The translations under genes were made by a program, and so were the position numbers. The notes beneath the pieces are model-generated. The model was not told where the DNA came from, did no database searches, and saw nothing but the letters and a program-made list of their open reading frames with translations. This document shows, piece after piece, positions 63,833 through 64,000 of a stretch of DNA of 64,000 nucleotides (position 1 is the stretch's first letter; the number at the start of each line of letters is the position of its first letter). The DNA is taken from contig CAUJDF010000075.1 of NCBI GenBank assembly GCA_963169045.1, forward strand, positions 98,434 through 162,433, in the 5' to 3' direction. The stretch is from Myxococcota bacterium (GTDB lineage Bacteria > Myxococcota_A > Bradymonadia > UBA7976 > UBA1532).

Positions 63833-64000
63833 CACTGCGGCGTGATCGAGGTGTTGTCGACGAGGACGTCGCCGCCGCGGTCCGAGATGAGCACGAGGCG
63901 GAAGGTGCCGGTGAAGTTGGCGGGGACGGTGAACTGGCGGGTGTACTGCGTCCAGCCGCCGACGACCGCCGTCGAGAACTCCTGGCCGGCGAAGTCGTAG
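63833..64000 (-). CDS. C-terminal fragment of a minus-strand gene that starts beyond the window
   Basis: My translation reads ...YDFAGQEFSTAVVGGWTQYTRQFTVPANFTGTFRLVLISDRGGDVLVDNTSITPQ*, a beta-sandwich-like C-terminus. The stop is the 'tca' at 63833. Confidence 0.5.

Noticed and set aside
63665-64000. 111-aa + ORF at the window end
   Set aside because: The opposite strand encodes a coherent beta-sandwich-like C-terminal fragment ending at a stop at 63833, with a palindromic terminator just beyond. The + ORF is Arg-rich and unsupported.
1-64000. Mobile elements, prophage, CRISPR, tRNA/rRNA
   Set aside because: I found no transposase, integrase or recombinase ORFs, no regular repeat-spacer arrays, and no cloverleaf-like or rRNA-like conserved stretches by eye. 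GC content is uniform, with no islands. A tRNA scan (tRNAscan-SE/Infernal) would be needed to exclude small RNAs rigorously.

Overview
The window is a very high-GC (about 70%) chromosomal segment. Several features point to a myxobacterium (Deltaproteobacteria/Myxococcota): a MYXO-CTERM-type C-terminal sorting tail; Myxococcus-type cysteine-rich repeats; many lipobox lipoproteins carrying (GGAGGxGG)n linkers; FHA-sigma54 activators; and Ser/Thr kinases. I can support about 45 protein-coding genes. I see no rRNA, tRNA, CRISPR array, IS element or transposon. Most long ORFs in the six-frame track (for example 2721..6038+, 7527..12485+, 7777..13050-, 12374..17548-, 33685..40500-, 26908..29961-) are antisense or out-of-frame 'shadow' ORFs typical of GC-rich DNA and were not called.

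The real genes, in order:
- a secreted GHSQGG lipase
- a phosphoribosyltransferase-domain protein
- a TPR lipoprotein
- a DUF4331-like pair separated by an in-frame TGA
- an acyl-CoA dehydrogenase
- a PAS-Fis regulator
- a 1513-aa Ser/Thr-kinase/STAND ATPase/TPR/GAF/histidine-kinase fusion
- an S8 subtilase with an unusual Trp/Gly-rich 'GSGLGASS' C-terminal repeat
- a fused aspartokinase-diaminopimelate decarboxylase
- a PGRP-type amidase with a MYXO-CTERM tail, followed by a tandem array of hairpin repeats copied from its own 3' end
- two lipoprotein operons
- an FAD-Rieske oxidoreductase
- a GAF histidine kinase plus an FHA/sigma54 activator, sitting next to a near-consensus sigma54 promoter that faces an LTD-CotH-2xC-type-lectin lipoprotein
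- a 1975-aa Big_2/PKD/beta-helix adhesin-like lipoprotein with a translationally coupled partner
- htpX and a LysR (NhaR-like) regulator
- an ATP-grasp (Ddl-like) plus giant thiolase-like operon
- a Myxococcus-type Cys-rich repeat lipoprotein
- an alpha/beta hydrolase lipoprotein
- a small Cys/His/Asp-rich lipoprotein coupled to DUF2071
- a ZIP-family transporter fusion
- a six-gene operon joined by GTGA overlaps that encodes three thioredoxin-fold (CxxC) envelope proteins, lipoproteins and an outer-membrane-like protein. I judge this operon the best candidate for an undescribed extracytoplasmic redox/maturation system.

The ORF track counts GTG and TTG as Met. All start calls are manual, from RBS and signal-peptide logic, and unverified.
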